From NCBI GenBank assembly GCA_900234795.1, contig LT962688.1, forward strand, positions 3,510,001-3,542,000: a stretch of DNA of 32,000 nucleotides, in the 5' to 3' direction. Source of the stretch: Methylorubrum extorquens. Its GTDB lineage: Bacteria; Pseudomonadota; Alphaproteobacteria; Rhizobiales; Beijerinckiaceae. Made by a program: the position numbers and the translations under genes. Under the pieces are notes generated by a model, which was given only the letters and a program-made list of their open reading frames with translations, was not told the DNA's origin and searched no databases. Numbering within the stretch: position 1 is the stretch's first letter; each line of letters starts with the position of its first letter. Of the stretch, positions 17,647-26,387 are shown piece after piece.

Positions 17647-17919
17647 ATGTTTATGCTGCTGCCTATGACGCCCGTGCGCCAATGCCTCCGCAAGGTTGAT
17701 CATGCTTCGGCCATCGCCGATTCGGCGGCTGGCACATGCATTCTCGAAGCTTTGAACGAGCTCGAGAGCGCCTATCGCCGCCCCAGCGAACGCATCGTCG
17801 CCCTCGAAGCCATCCTTCATGAATTCGACCGCGACGGACGGGGGGGCGGCACGCCGTTCGGCCGGCTCCTGCGCATCAGCGTCGAGCGGCGGCAGAACAA
17901 GTGGGCGCGTCGCGCCTGA
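17647..17919 (+). CDS. Hypothetical small protein (90 aa), an uncertain call. It overlaps antisense ORF 17611..18027 (-).
   Basis: Third-position GC is about 77% for the plus ORF and about 67-72% for the antisense ORF. Both are below the local norm. There is no convincing RBS and no recognisable family. Confidence 0.25.
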   Translation: MFMLLPMTPVRQCLRKVDHASAIADSAAGTCILEALNELESAYRRPSERIVALEAILHEFDRDGRGGGTPFGRLLRISVERRQNKWARRA

Positions 17920-18099
17920 CACCGCCCCGTCTTTCGTCGCAACCGTTCTCACCGGGCGCCCAGCTTCGCCCTTCGGCATGACGCTCGGCGCACAACGCGC
18001 CATGGCACGCGACACGGCGTTTGACATGGACGGAGGCTGCGACTAACGGGGCCCCTTCCCCGGATCCTTTCCGTTATCCGTCCCCAGAGGTGCGCAGCC

Positions 18100-18477
18100 G
18101 TGGCTAGACCGGAACTCGGCGTCAAACGCCAGTGCATGAATTGCGGTGCCAAGTTCTACGATCTCGACCGTGATCCGGCGACCTGTCCGAAATGCGGCAC
18201 GATCTACCAAGTCGCGACGTCCCGCGTCGCCCCGCCCGTCGCCAGCCGTGCCACGGATGACGACGAGGACGAGGACGAGAAGAGCGGCCCGGAGATCGTC
18301 TCCCTCGACGAGGCCGAGGCCAGCGAGGACGATGCCGATATCGCCGTGGACGACGAAGAGGGTGGCGACAACGCCGCCGGGGGAACGGACGACGACACCT
18401 TCCTCGAGGAAGAGGATGGCGACGACGACGTCTCCGATCTGATCGACAACGATTCGGACGGCGACGAGGAAGGCTGA
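18100..18477 (+). CDS. TIGR02300-like (FYDLN_acid) zinc-ribbon protein with an acidic tail
   Basis: The GTG start is followed by CMNCGAKFYDLDRDPATCPKCG (a CxxC...CxxC zinc ribbon with the FYDL motif) and then a long Asp/Glu-rich tail. Location next to aroA is what I recall as typical in Alphaproteobacteria. Confidence 0.85.
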   Translation: MARPELGVKRQCMNCGAKFYDLDRDPATCPKCGTIYQVATSRVAPPVASRATDDDEDEDEKSGPEIVSLDEAEASEDDADIAVDDEEGGDNAAGGTDDDTFLEEEDGDDDVSDLIDNDSDGDEEG

Positions 18478-18535
18478 GCGCGCCGCCGGACCGGGAGACC
18501 GGTTCGGCGAAACGGGTGCGTTCGCGCGAGTTCAG

Positions 18536-18567
18536 AGAGAGCCGGTTCCGATCCGGGCCGGCTCCCT
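18536..18567. terminator. Hairpin between convergent genes
   Basis: AGAGAGCCGG (18536-18545) pairs with CCGGCTCCCT (18558-18567) with one mismatch around a 12-nt loop. There is no clear U-tract. Confidence 0.3.
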
Positions 18568-18657
18568 CGCATGGCCGCCTCGGACAGGCTGGCGGCCGTG
18601 CCTCGGACGGGCGATCTCTGCGCCCTTCCCTATCCGGGCACCCGAACCGGAACGACG

Positions 18658-19389
18658 TCAGCCGCCGAACCGCTCCGTTCGGACAACGCTCGGCTTCACG
18701 CCCGCATCCACCAGCAGGTCGGCGACCGCGCCGACGAAGCCGTTGCCGCCGCAGACGAAGGCGTGGCGCGGCATCCCTAAGCACTCGATCGCGGTGTCGA
18801 TCATCACCCGGTCGATGCGCCGGCCCGCGGTCGGTCCCTCGCGGGTCAGGAGCAGGGTCAGGTCGAAGCCGGTCTCGTCGCGGGAGAGTGCGGCGAGCTC
18901 CGCCCGGGCGATGGCCTCGGCGGCTTTGCGCACCGAGTAGATCAGCAGCATCGGCACCTCGGGCGCGTGCCGGGTCCGCTCGCGCACCATCGCCAGCAGC
19001 GGCACGATGCCGGAGCCGCCGGCGATCAGCAGCACCGGCCCGCCCTCCGCCGGACTCCACGAGAACGCGCCGAGGGGACCGCGCAGCTCGATCGTGTCGC
19101 CGACCTCGGCCACGGTGTCGAAGAAGCCCGAAACCTCCCCCGCCTCCAACCCCTCGATCATCAGCTCGATGCCGGCGGGATCGTCCGGCGCCGAAGCGAT
19201 GGAGTAGCTGCGCTGCGCCTGGTAGCCGTCGGGCGCGGTGAGGCGCACATCGACGTGCTGGCCGGCCCGGTGCGGGCGATCCAGGGGGCCGAAGCGGAAG
19301 CTTTTCACCCGCGGCGTCACGGGCGTGATCGCCCGGATCGTCATGGCCCGCCAGGGTGACGGCGAGGGCGAGGGCGCGATGCCGTTCAC
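18658..19389 (-). CDS. FNR-like FAD/NAD(P)H-binding oxidoreductase
   Basis: The motifs are RSYSIAS (an RxYS FAD motif) and LLIAGGSGIVPLLAM (NAD(P)H binding), with the C-terminus VRTERFGG. No Fe-S Cys cluster is visible. The start is uncertain: the GTG at 19389 (GAAGGA upstream, 13 nt after the upstream stop), the ATG at 19344, or the GTG at 19428. Confidence 0.8.
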   Translation of the reverse strand: MNGIAPSPSPSPWRAMTIRAITPVTPRVKSFRFGPLDRPHRAGQHVDVRLTAPDGYQAQRSYSIASAPDDPAGIELMIEGLEAGEVSGFFDTVAEVGDTIELRGPLGAFSWSPAEGGPVLLIAGGSGIVPLLAMVRERTRHAPEVPMLLIYSVRKAAEAIARAELAALSRDETGFDLTLLLTREGPTAGRRIDRVMIDTAIECLGMPRHAFVCGGNGFVGAVADLLVDAGVKPSVVRTERFGG

Positions 19390-19402
19390 GTCGGGCAATC
19401 CT

Positions 19403-20008
19403 TCAATCGCCGCTGAAACGCTGCTCACGCCAGGGGTCGCCGTACATGTGGTAGCCGCGCAGTTCCCAGAACCCGGCCTCGTCCCGTTCGGTGAAGCGCA
19501 GACCCTTCAGCCATTTGGCGCTCTTCCAGAAGTAGAGATGCGGCACGAGGAGACGGGCGGGGCCACCGTGGTCGGGCGGGATCGGCTTGCCGTCGTAATG
19601 GGTCGCCACCATCGCCTTGCCGCCGGTTAGATCCGCCACCGGCACATTGGTGGTATAGTCGTCGTGGCTCTCCGCCAGGAGGAAGCCCGTCGGCGCCTCG
19701 AGACCGGCCGCCGCCAGGATGTCGTCGAAGCTCACGCCCTCCCAGGCGGTGTCGAACTTCGACCACTTGGTCACGCAGTGGATGTCGCCGCTCCAACGGG
19801 TGCGGGGCAGTTGCGCGAATTCCTCCCAAGTCCAGCTCGCCAGCGGTCGCGAGCCCTGGCGCAGGGTGAAGCGCCAGCCCTCAGTGGACACCCGCGGCGT
19901 GGGCCCGAGCTGGAGCACGGGGAAATCGTCGGTGAGGTACTGACCCGGCGGAAGCCGTTCGCGGATCGCCGCGGCGGGGGGCCGCCCGGTAAAGCCTCGC
20001 GTCGCCAT
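19403..20008 (-). CDS. Sulfite-oxidase-fold molybdopterin-binding oxidoreductase (about 201 aa, no signal peptide)
   Basis: The ORF 19403..20152 was trimmed to the ATG at 20008, behind GGAGGAG. The motifs HCVTKWSKFDTAWEGVSF, HDDYTTNVP, GGPARLLVPHLYFWKSAKWL and GYHMYGDPW are typical of the Oxidored_molyb (SUOX-fold) domain, including the Mo-ligand Cys. Confidence 0.85.
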   Translation of the reverse strand: MATRGFTGRPPAAAIRERLPPGQYLTDDFPVLQLGPTPRVSTEGWRFTLRQGSRPLASWTWEEFAQLPRTRWSGDIHCVTKWSKFDTAWEGVSFDDILAAAGLEAPTGFLLAESHDDYTTNVPVADLTGGKAMVATHYDGKPIPPDHGGPARLLVPHLYFWKSAKWLKGLRFTERDEAGFWELRGYHMYGDPWREQRFSGD

Positions 20009-20089
20009 CACGCTCCTCCGCCGTCCCATCTGCCGGGAGCCGTGCCGGCGCACCGCCTCCCTTGATCCGATACGAACCCCAGGGGCGGC

Positions 20090-20115
20090 AACGGAGCGTC
20101 GCCCGAAAGCGTTCC
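20090..20115 (-). promoter_or_regulatory. EcfG-type promoter (GGAAC-N17-CGTT on the minus strand) upstream of the Mo-oxidoreductase/FNR operon
   Basis: The minus-strand reading is GGAAC (20115-20111), the 17-nt spacer gctttcgggcgacgctc, then CGTT (20093-20090). The element lies about 80 nt upstream of the ATG at 20008. Confidence 0.55.
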
Positions 20116-20136
20116 GCGCCGGCGCCGGTTCCCGAG

Positions 20137-20215
20137 GCGCCTTTTCCCCCATGTGCCTTTTCCCAGAAAGTGCCTTTCCCCCGAAAGTGCCTTTTCCCCG
20201 ACGCCTTGCCGAAAC
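20137..20215. repeat. Tandem array of 4-5 copies of a roughly 17-bp unit, G(T/C)GCCTTT(T)CCCNNRAA. It contains GAAAGTGCCTTTC palindromes.
   Basis: The units are gcgccttttcccccat (20137-20152), gtgccttttcccagaaa (20153-20169), gtgcctttcccccgaaa (20170-20186) and gtgccttttccccgac (20187-20202), plus a degenerate gccttgccgaaac. A perfect 5-3-5 palindrome, GAAAGTGCCTTTC, lies at 20166-20178. Confidence 0.8.
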
Positions 20216-20219
20216 GCCG

Positions 20220-20720
20220 TCAGGCCGGCCGTGACACGTCGGAGCGCGGAAGCCGCAGAATGCGCGGCCGCCAGATGCCGAGCACGACGTTGATGACCGC
20301 GATGGCGAGGATCACCCAGAGGGTGTTGCTCTCGGCCGCCAGCGCGCCCGTGAGGGTGGCGGGATCGATCTCGCCGCGGAGCGCGGCGGCGCTGCGCCGG
20401 GCCTCCTCCTGCATCGGCCCCTGGATGCCGACGAAGCCGCCCTCGAACACCAGCACGCCGGTGGCGAGCTTGACCCAGGCCCACCCCGCCTCGCGAAAGC
20501 CCGGATGCAGCGCGACCGCCAGCAACCCGGAGATCAGCGTCAGGCCGAGCGAGGGCAGGAAGATCCATGTTGCGACGGAGCCCATCGCCCCGCGCATCAG
20601 GGCGTAGCCGGCGAGCGAGGCGGGCGGCGGGGTGTGATTCAAGAGGATGACGAGACAGGCCATCGCCCCCATCAGCCCGACCGCCCCCATCGTATGCAGG
20701 AACTTGAGAAGGCGTCGCAT
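20220..20720 (-). CDS. Small integral membrane protein with 4 TM helices, DUF2269-like
   Basis: The ORF 20220..20822 was trimmed to the ATG at 20720 (MRRLLKFLHTMGAVGLMGAMACLVILL...). It has four hydrophobic segments. The family assignment is from memory only. Confidence 0.6.
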   Translation of the reverse strand: MRRLLKFLHTMGAVGLMGAMACLVILLNHTPPPASLAGYALMRGAMGSVATWIFLPSLGLTLISGLLAVALHPGFREAGWAWVKLATGVLVFEGGFVGIQGPMQEEARRSAAALRGEIDPATLTGALAAESNTLWVILAIAVINVVLGIWRPRILRLPRSDVSRPA

Positions 20721-21064
20721 GTCGGTGCGCCCCGGCCGTGGCAATCGCGCAAGGATTGTAGAGGCGATTGGTGACACGAAAGCAGGCGCGGCGCGAGCGG
20801 CGCTCCATTGCGGCAAGTCCACCTCCGAATGGCCTGGACATGGTCGGCGCAGGGTCCCGTTCGAACGAAGACTTCCCGGCCATGCCGCCGACGCACTTTC
20901 GTTTCTACTTTAGACTTGGAATAAAATGTTGTTCTGCGGCAACGACATGCTCTCCATCGAACAAATCCCGCAAAATAAACAAGCATACGCTTGCAGCCTG
21001 CAAACCCGCATATGTAAACGCGCCGTGTTGGTTCCGCGGAGCCGGCCCTCGAATCGGAACGACG

Positions 21065-23245
21065 ATGAGCAACGCAGCGCAGGGACGACGTCCCGTTACA
21101 CCGGGATCGACCGCGCTCATCACCGGCTCAGGCGCTCTGCTCGGCCTCGCCCTGTTCTGCCCGGTCAGCGTCCAGGCGCAAACCGTCCCCCCGGAGGGCG
21201 CCGAGGCTGTTTTATCCGAACTCTCGGTCACGGGCACCGGCGAGCGGGCGGGCGGTCCCGTCGTCGGATACCGCGCCACGCGCTCGGCCACGGCGACGCG
21301 GACGGACACGGCCTTGCGCGACACGCCGCAATCGATCCAGGTCGTCCCGCGCGAGGTTATGATCGATCAGCAGAATGTCCGCCTGACCGACGCGCTCACC
21401 AATGTCAGCAACGTCCAGCCGGGGGGCACCATCCAGGGCCGCTCCGACACCTACATCCTGCGCGGCTTCCGCACCCAGACCTACGCCATCGACGGGCTGG
21501 TGCTGAACCCGGCCAACGCCTTTCAGCCGACGCAGCGCGACCTCGCCAATGTCGAGCGAATCGAGGTGCTCAAAGGTCCGGCCTCCGTGCTCTACGGCCA
21601 GGGCGACCCCGGCGGCCTGATCAACATCGTCACCCGCCAGCCGACCCTCACGCCGTCCGCCGACCTGACGGTCCAGGGCGGCTCGTTCGGCTTCCGGCGA
21701 GTGCAGGGCTCGGTCTCGGGCGCAATCCCGAGCGTGGAGGGGCTTGCCGCCCGCTTCAGCTTCGGCACGCAGAACGAGGCGACCTTCCGTGATTTCGGCG
21801 GCCCGGAAAACTCCCGGCACTTCTTCGCGCCGGCCTTCGTCTGGACGCCCGATGCCTCGACGCGGGTCTACCTCAACGCCGAGTTCACCCGTCAGCACAG
21901 CCAGTACGACGAGGGCCTGATCGCCTTTGGCGGCCGGGTGCCGCTCGACAACATCAGCCGCTTCTACGGCGAGCCGTGGTCGCGCTACTATGGCGAATCG
22001 AACTCGATCACTCTGCTGGCCGAGCACGACGTCAACGAGAACCTGACCCTGCGGCAGGCGATCAACGGCCAGTGGGGATCGTTCAATCTCCTGGCGACCC
22101 GGGCGACGGGCGTGAATGCCGCTGGCACCACGGTAACGCGGCGCCTCACCGAGGGCGATTCGATCTATCACTCGATCGACAGCCGGACCGAGGCACTCGG
22201 GCGCTTCGTCGATCCGTTCGGCTTCCGCCACACCGCTCTGGCCGGTTTCGAGATCGTGGACGGCTTCCGCCATCCGTTCACGACGCAGGGGACCGCGACC
22301 TCGGTTTCCTTCCTCAACCCGATCCGGGGGTCAGTGCCGCAAATCGGTACGCTCACCCTGCAGAGCGACCTGCGGTAGAAGCTCAGCCTGTTCGGCCTCT
22401 ACATGCAGGACCAGATCGAGTTCTTTCCCGGCCTGCAGCTCGTGCTCGGCGTGCGCTTCGATACGGCCGACCAGCTCTATTTCCAGCGCACGCCGACCAC
22501 GCGGACGATTCCGCCGGAGCAGAACCTCACCGGGGTCTCGCCGCGGGTCGGCCTCGTCTGGCGGCCGCTGGAGCCGCTCACGCTCTATGGCAGCTACACC
22601 ACCTCCTTCGTGCCGCAGACCGCCAACGTCCTCAACGTTGCGAGCCCGCCTCCGGAGACCGGCGAGCAGGTCGAGGTCGGCGCCCGCTTCGACCTGATCC
22701 CCGACCGGCTCACCGTGAGTGCCGCCGCCTTCCGCATCCTGCGGGCCAACGTCGCCGCCTCCGATCCGGTCAATACCGGCTTCTCGATCATCACCGGCGA
22801 GCAGCGCTCGCAGGGGTTCGAGGGCGACATCGCCGGCGAGATCCTGCCGGGCTGGAAGATCATCGGCGGCATCGGCTATCTCGATGCGGAGGTCACGAAG
22901 GATGCGACCGTCGCCATCGGCAACCGCCTGCCCGCGGCGCCGGTCTTCAGCGCCAGCGTCTGGTCGACCTACCAGTTCCAGGGCGGCCCGCTGCACGGCT
23001 GGGGCTTCGGCGGCGGCGTCACCTATGTCGGCGAGCGCTTCGGCGACATCACCAACACCTACAAGGTCGGCGCCTATGCCCGCCTCGACGCGACCGTGTT
23101 CTACGAGATCGACCCGACCTGGCGCTTCGCCGTGAACGGCCGCAACCTGACCGACCGGCGCTACATCGAGCAGCCGTTCAACCAGTTCAACAACCAGCCC
23201 GGCGCCCCCCTGACCGTGCTCGCCAGCCTGACGGCGCGCTACTGA
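21065..23245 (+). pseudogene. TonB-dependent siderophore receptor interrupted by an in-frame TAG at 22376-22378
   Basis: ORFs 20768..22378 and 22403..23245 are in the same frame. The sequence reads ...TLQSDLR*KLSLFGLYMQDQIEFFPGLQLVLGVRFD... straight through a conserved barrel strand. The plug is DTPQSIQVVPREVMIDQQ, with ERIEVLKGPASVLYGQGDPGGLIN, and the C-terminus ends ...LASLTARY. The signal peptide starts at the ATG at 21065. Confidence 0.85.
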
Positions 23246-23299
23246 GGGACGCCCCGTCGGGAATCGAACGCCGAACCGAACGATCGTTTTCAGGGCCTC

Positions 23300-24481
23300 A
23301 TGCCGTCAGCCTTCTCTCCCGCCCGCACCGTTGTGTTTCGCCTGCATTGGGCGCTCGGCCTCACCGCCGGGGTCGTGCTGGCGCTGATGGGCCTCACGGG
23401 CGCGCTGATGAGCTACGAGGAGGCGATCACCGCCTTCGCCAACCGCGACCGGATACAGGTCTCGGCGGCGCAGGACCGGCCGCCGCTCACGCCCTCGGCC
23501 CTGGCGGCACGGATCGAGGCGCAGCTTCCGGGACAGCGGGTCTCCGCACTGACCCTTTCGGGCGATCCCGCTCAGAGCGCCGTGGCGCGGTTTGCCCGCG
23601 ACCGGGCGGGTGGGCGGCCCTCGCCCGTCTACGCCGACCCTACTGAAGGGACCGTGCTCGGCCCCGTGCGGCTCGAGGCGTTCTTCGCCACCGTGCGGAA
23701 TTTGCACCGCTGGCTGCTGCTTCCCGGCGAGAGCAAGGGCTGGGGCCGCACGATCACCGGCGCCTGCGCCATCGCGCTGCTCGTCTTCCTCGGCAGCGGG
23801 CTGTATCTGCGCTGGCCCGGCCGGCACCGTTGGCGAGTCTGGCTCCGACCGAACCTCGCCCGGCCCGGCCGAGCCCGCTGGTGGTCGCTGCATGCGGTCG
23901 CCGGGACATGGCTGCTGCCGGTCTACGCGGTGAGCGCCCTGTCGGGCCTGTGGTGGTCCTATGACTGGTACCGCGCGGGCGCGACATGGCTTCTGACGGG
24001 CCAAGCCCTCCCGGCGCGGGCCGTTGAGCGCGCGCCCGGCGGCAAGACCCCCGATGGCAAGATTCCGGAGGGCACATCGGCCATCGACACCGCCTGGGCG
24101 GAGTTTTCGGCCACGCACACGGCTTCCGTCGCGACCCTGACCCTGCCGGGGCCGGAGGCCGCGGCGATCCGCATCCGCTGGTACGCCCCGGATTCGAACC
24201 TGCGCAACGAGGCCACTTACGACGCCCGCACCGGCGCCCGGCTTACCGACAAGCGCGCCGCCGACGCGGCCCTCGGCCCGCGGCTCGCCGACAACATGCT
24301 GGAGGTGCATCGCGGGCGCTTCTTCGGCGCGCCCGTCGCCCTGCTGTTCTGCCTCGCGGCGCTCGTGCTCCCCGGCTTCTTCGCGACCGGGCTGACGCTC
24401 TACCTGCTGCGCCGCCGGGCCGGGCAGCGAAGGGTTCCCGGCCGCGCATCCCGGCCGGCCGAGGCATCGGTGCAAGGATGA
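23300..24481 (+). CDS. PepSY-associated TM-helix protein (PiuB-like iron-regulated membrane protein)
   Basis: Characteristic motifs are RLHWALGLTAGVVLALMGLTGALMSYEE, NLHRWLLLPG and VHRGRFFG. It is positioned downstream of a TonB-dependent receptor, as is usual. Confidence 0.8.
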   Translation: MPSAFSPARTVVFRLHWALGLTAGVVLALMGLTGALMSYEEAITAFANRDRIQVSAAQDRPPLTPSALAARIEAQLPGQRVSALTLSGDPAQSAVARFARDRAGGRPSPVYADPTEGTVLGPVRLEAFFATVRNLHRWLLLPGESKGWGRTITGACAIALLVFLGSGLYLRWPGRHRWRVWLRPNLARPGRARWWSLHAVAGTWLLPVYAVSALSGLWWSYDWYRAGATWLLTGQALPARAVERAPGGKTPDGKIPEGTSAIDTAWAEFSATHTASVATLTLPGPEAAAIRIRWYAPDSNLRNEATYDARTGARLTDKRAADAALGPRLADNMLEVHRGRFFGAPVALLFCLAALVLPGFFATGLTLYLLRRRAGQRRVPGRASRPAEASVQG

Positions 24482-24493
24482 TACACGGCTTGG

Positions 24494-24512
24494 CAGGCCG
24501 AACATCGGCCTG
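24494..24512 (+). terminator. Short hairpin after the PepSY gene
   Basis: CAGGCCG, loop AACAT, CGGCCTG. There is no U-tract. Confidence 0.3.
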
Positions 24513-24664
24513 AAGCACGCCACCTCCTTGCCCGAAGCGCCACCGTCCCAACGCGGCTTCCGCTCGATCGGCCGGTTGCCGCGGCCTGTGCGCCATCCGG
24601 GGCATCGAACTCAAAGTTCCGGGCTAGCGTTTCCGTAAGAACGCGAGAGGGGCTTGAACCAGCG

Positions 24665-25396
24665 ATGGGCGTATCATCACCACGAAATCGCCTGCTTCAG
24701 GCTCTGCCATCCAGCGAGCTGGAACAGCTCCTGCCGGAGTTCGAGCGTGTCCAGGTTCAAAGAGGCGATATCCTCTGGTCCGTCGGGGATCCGCTGGACT
24801 TCGTCTACTTTCCGGAAGCCGGATTGTCGTCGAACGTCGCCGTCACCGGTGAGGGGCGGCGGATCGAGGTCGGTTGCTTCGGCTCCGAGGGCATGGTCAG
24901 CACGGCCAGCGTATTGGGCGTGGATCGCGCCACGCACGAGCTTCTGGTCCAGGTCGGCGGCCTCTGGCTGCGGATCGGGGCCGAGGCGTTCCGCGACGCT
25001 CTCCGGAGCAGCCCCGCCCTGCACGAGCTGCTGCTGCACTACACCCATACGGTGATGATGACCGTGAGCCAGACAGCGATGTCGAACGGCGCCTACTCCG
25101 TCGAAGAGCGGCTGGCCCGCTGGATCCTGATGGCGCACGACCGGCTGGAGGGCAACGATCTCTCGCTCACCCACGATTTCCTGTCGATCATGCTGGCGAC
25201 GCAGCGATCGACCGTGACGCTGGCGATCCAGGCGCTCGAAGGCTACGGCGCGATCCAGGCCAAGCGTGCCCTGATCACCGTCCGCGACCGCGGGATGCTG
25301 TGCGACCTCGCGGGAAGCAGCTACGGTCCCGCCGAAGCCACGTATGAGCGCCTGATCGGTCCGTTCCGGAAGAGTCCGACCCCGTCCCCCGAGTGA
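24665..25396 (+). CDS. Crp/Fnr-family transcriptional regulator
   Basis: The N-terminal cNMP-binding-like fold is NRLLQALPSSELEQLLPEFERVQVQRGDILWSVGDPLDFVYFPEAG. The C-terminal HTH is SLTHDFLSIMLATQRSTVTLAIQALEGYGAI. Confidence 0.85.
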   Translation: MGVSSPRNRLLQALPSSELEQLLPEFERVQVQRGDILWSVGDPLDFVYFPEAGLSSNVAVTGEGRRIEVGCFGSEGMVSTASVLGVDRATHELLVQVGGLWLRIGAEAFRDALRSSPALHELLLHYTHTVMMTVSQTAMSNGAYSVEERLARWILMAHDRLEGNDLSLTHDFLSIMLATQRSTVTLAIQALEGYGAIQAKRALITVRDRGMLCDLAGSSYGPAEATYERLIGPFRKSPTPSPE

Positions 25397-25439
25397 GGAC
25401 GCCGGACGAGACGCAACCGTCATCGCCGTTCGGTCCTGA

Positions 25440-25737
25440 CGCCTGCTGTCGGAGGCGCTGCCCGACTTCCTGTCGAAGCGGGCGCGCGGCCTCGTGCCGG
25501 CCTTCGAGCGGCTCGTGATCGTGTCCACCGGGCTCGCCGACCCGTTCCCGATTCTCTCGACCCTTCGGGCCGATCCCGTGCTCTCCCACCACCTCGCCCC
25601 CGGCACCATCGTGGCGACCGTCGATGCGTTCAACGCCGCGGATCAGATCGCGCCGGCCGGAAATGACCAAGCAGATTTCGGCCGCCGACCGGATCGTCGT
25701 GACGAAGGACGACCTCGTGACGCCGGCGAGGTCTTGA
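25440..25737 (+). pseudogene. Relic of a COG0523 (CobW/YjiA-type) G3E GTPase; N-terminally truncated and frameshifted
   Basis: Frame 1 reads ...LPDFLSKRARGLVPAFERLVIVSTGLADPFPILSTLRADPVLSHHLAPGTIVATVDAFNAADQI, the core of the COG0523 G-domain. It continues after a frameshift as PEMTKQISAADRIVVTKDDLVTPA. There is no Walker A or CxCC region and no C-terminal domain. Confidence 0.6.
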
Positions 25738-25902
25738 CCAGCCTTCGCTGAGGCGGCGCTCTGACGTTCCGGTCAGCCCGCGCGGAGCGGCGGGGCGCCC
25801 CCTCTCAGGACAAAGCTCATAGGGAAGGAGAGGTTCTGGCCGGATCAGGACCTGATGCGCGATACGCATTAAGCTCCGCACAGGCCGGTCGGCGGACAAG
25901 CG

Positions 25903-26301
25903 ATGGGAATGGCTGACATGAAGGTGACGGTTTCCATCGACGTCCCGTCGATCGAAGAGGGCCTGAAGTTCTTCGGTGATGTCTTCGGGTTCGTCGAAAC
26001 GGCACGGCCTCATCCCGGCTACGCGACGTTGGCATCGGGCGATGCGACGATCGGGCTTCTCGCGAAGCCGGCCGGATCATCACCCGCGCCGGGAAGCAAC
26101 GACCTCCGCCGGTATGAGCGCCATTGGACACCGGTTCACGTCGATTTCCGTGTCGATGACTTCGAAGGGACGCTCGGACGGGCTTTGGCGAATGGCGCAA
26201 AAGCAGAACAGGTGCACCGCGTGCCGGGCTTTCCCCCCGTTGCGTTCTGCAGCGATCCTTTCGGACATGGGTTCTGCATTGTTGGCATGAACACGCTTTA
26301 G
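25903..26301 (+). CDS. VOC (glyoxalase/bleomycin-resistance/dioxygenase) family protein
   Basis: The 132-aa ORF reads VSIDVPSIEEGLKFFGDVFGFVE...HVDFRVDDFEGTL...GAK......DPFGHGFCIV, which is the paired beta-alpha-beta-beta-beta pattern. The start could instead be the ATG at 25918. Confidence 0.75.
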   Translation: MGMADMKVTVSIDVPSIEEGLKFFGDVFGFVETARPHPGYATLASGDATIGLLAKPAGSSPAPGSNDLRRYERHWTPVHVDFRVDDFEGTLGRALANGAKAEQVHRVPGFPPVAFCSDPFGHGFCIVGMNTL

Positions 26302-26387
26302 GCCCCTGACAGCGCCATCGATTCGATCTGATGGTCGCTTCGGGTCGCGGGCAGCGCCCCGTTTGATCAAGCCGCCCGGTTTCGCCC

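Noticed and set aside
20137-20215. CRISPR-like array
   Set aside because: The 17-bp units are directly contiguous with no unique spacers, are far shorter than CRISPR repeats, and no cas genes are present. I classify it as a simple tandem repeat or binding-site array.
20897-21003. Iron-regulator boxes upstream of the TonB-dependent receptor: the TTTAGACTTGGAATAAA patch and the palindrome TTGCAGCCTGCAA at 20991-21003
   Set aside because: The AT-rich patch matches only one half of the Irr ICE consensus (TTTAGAA-N3-TTCTAAA). Nothing resembles a 19-bp Fur box or a RirA IRO box convincingly. The 6-1-6 palindrome is real, but I cannot tie it to a known regulator.
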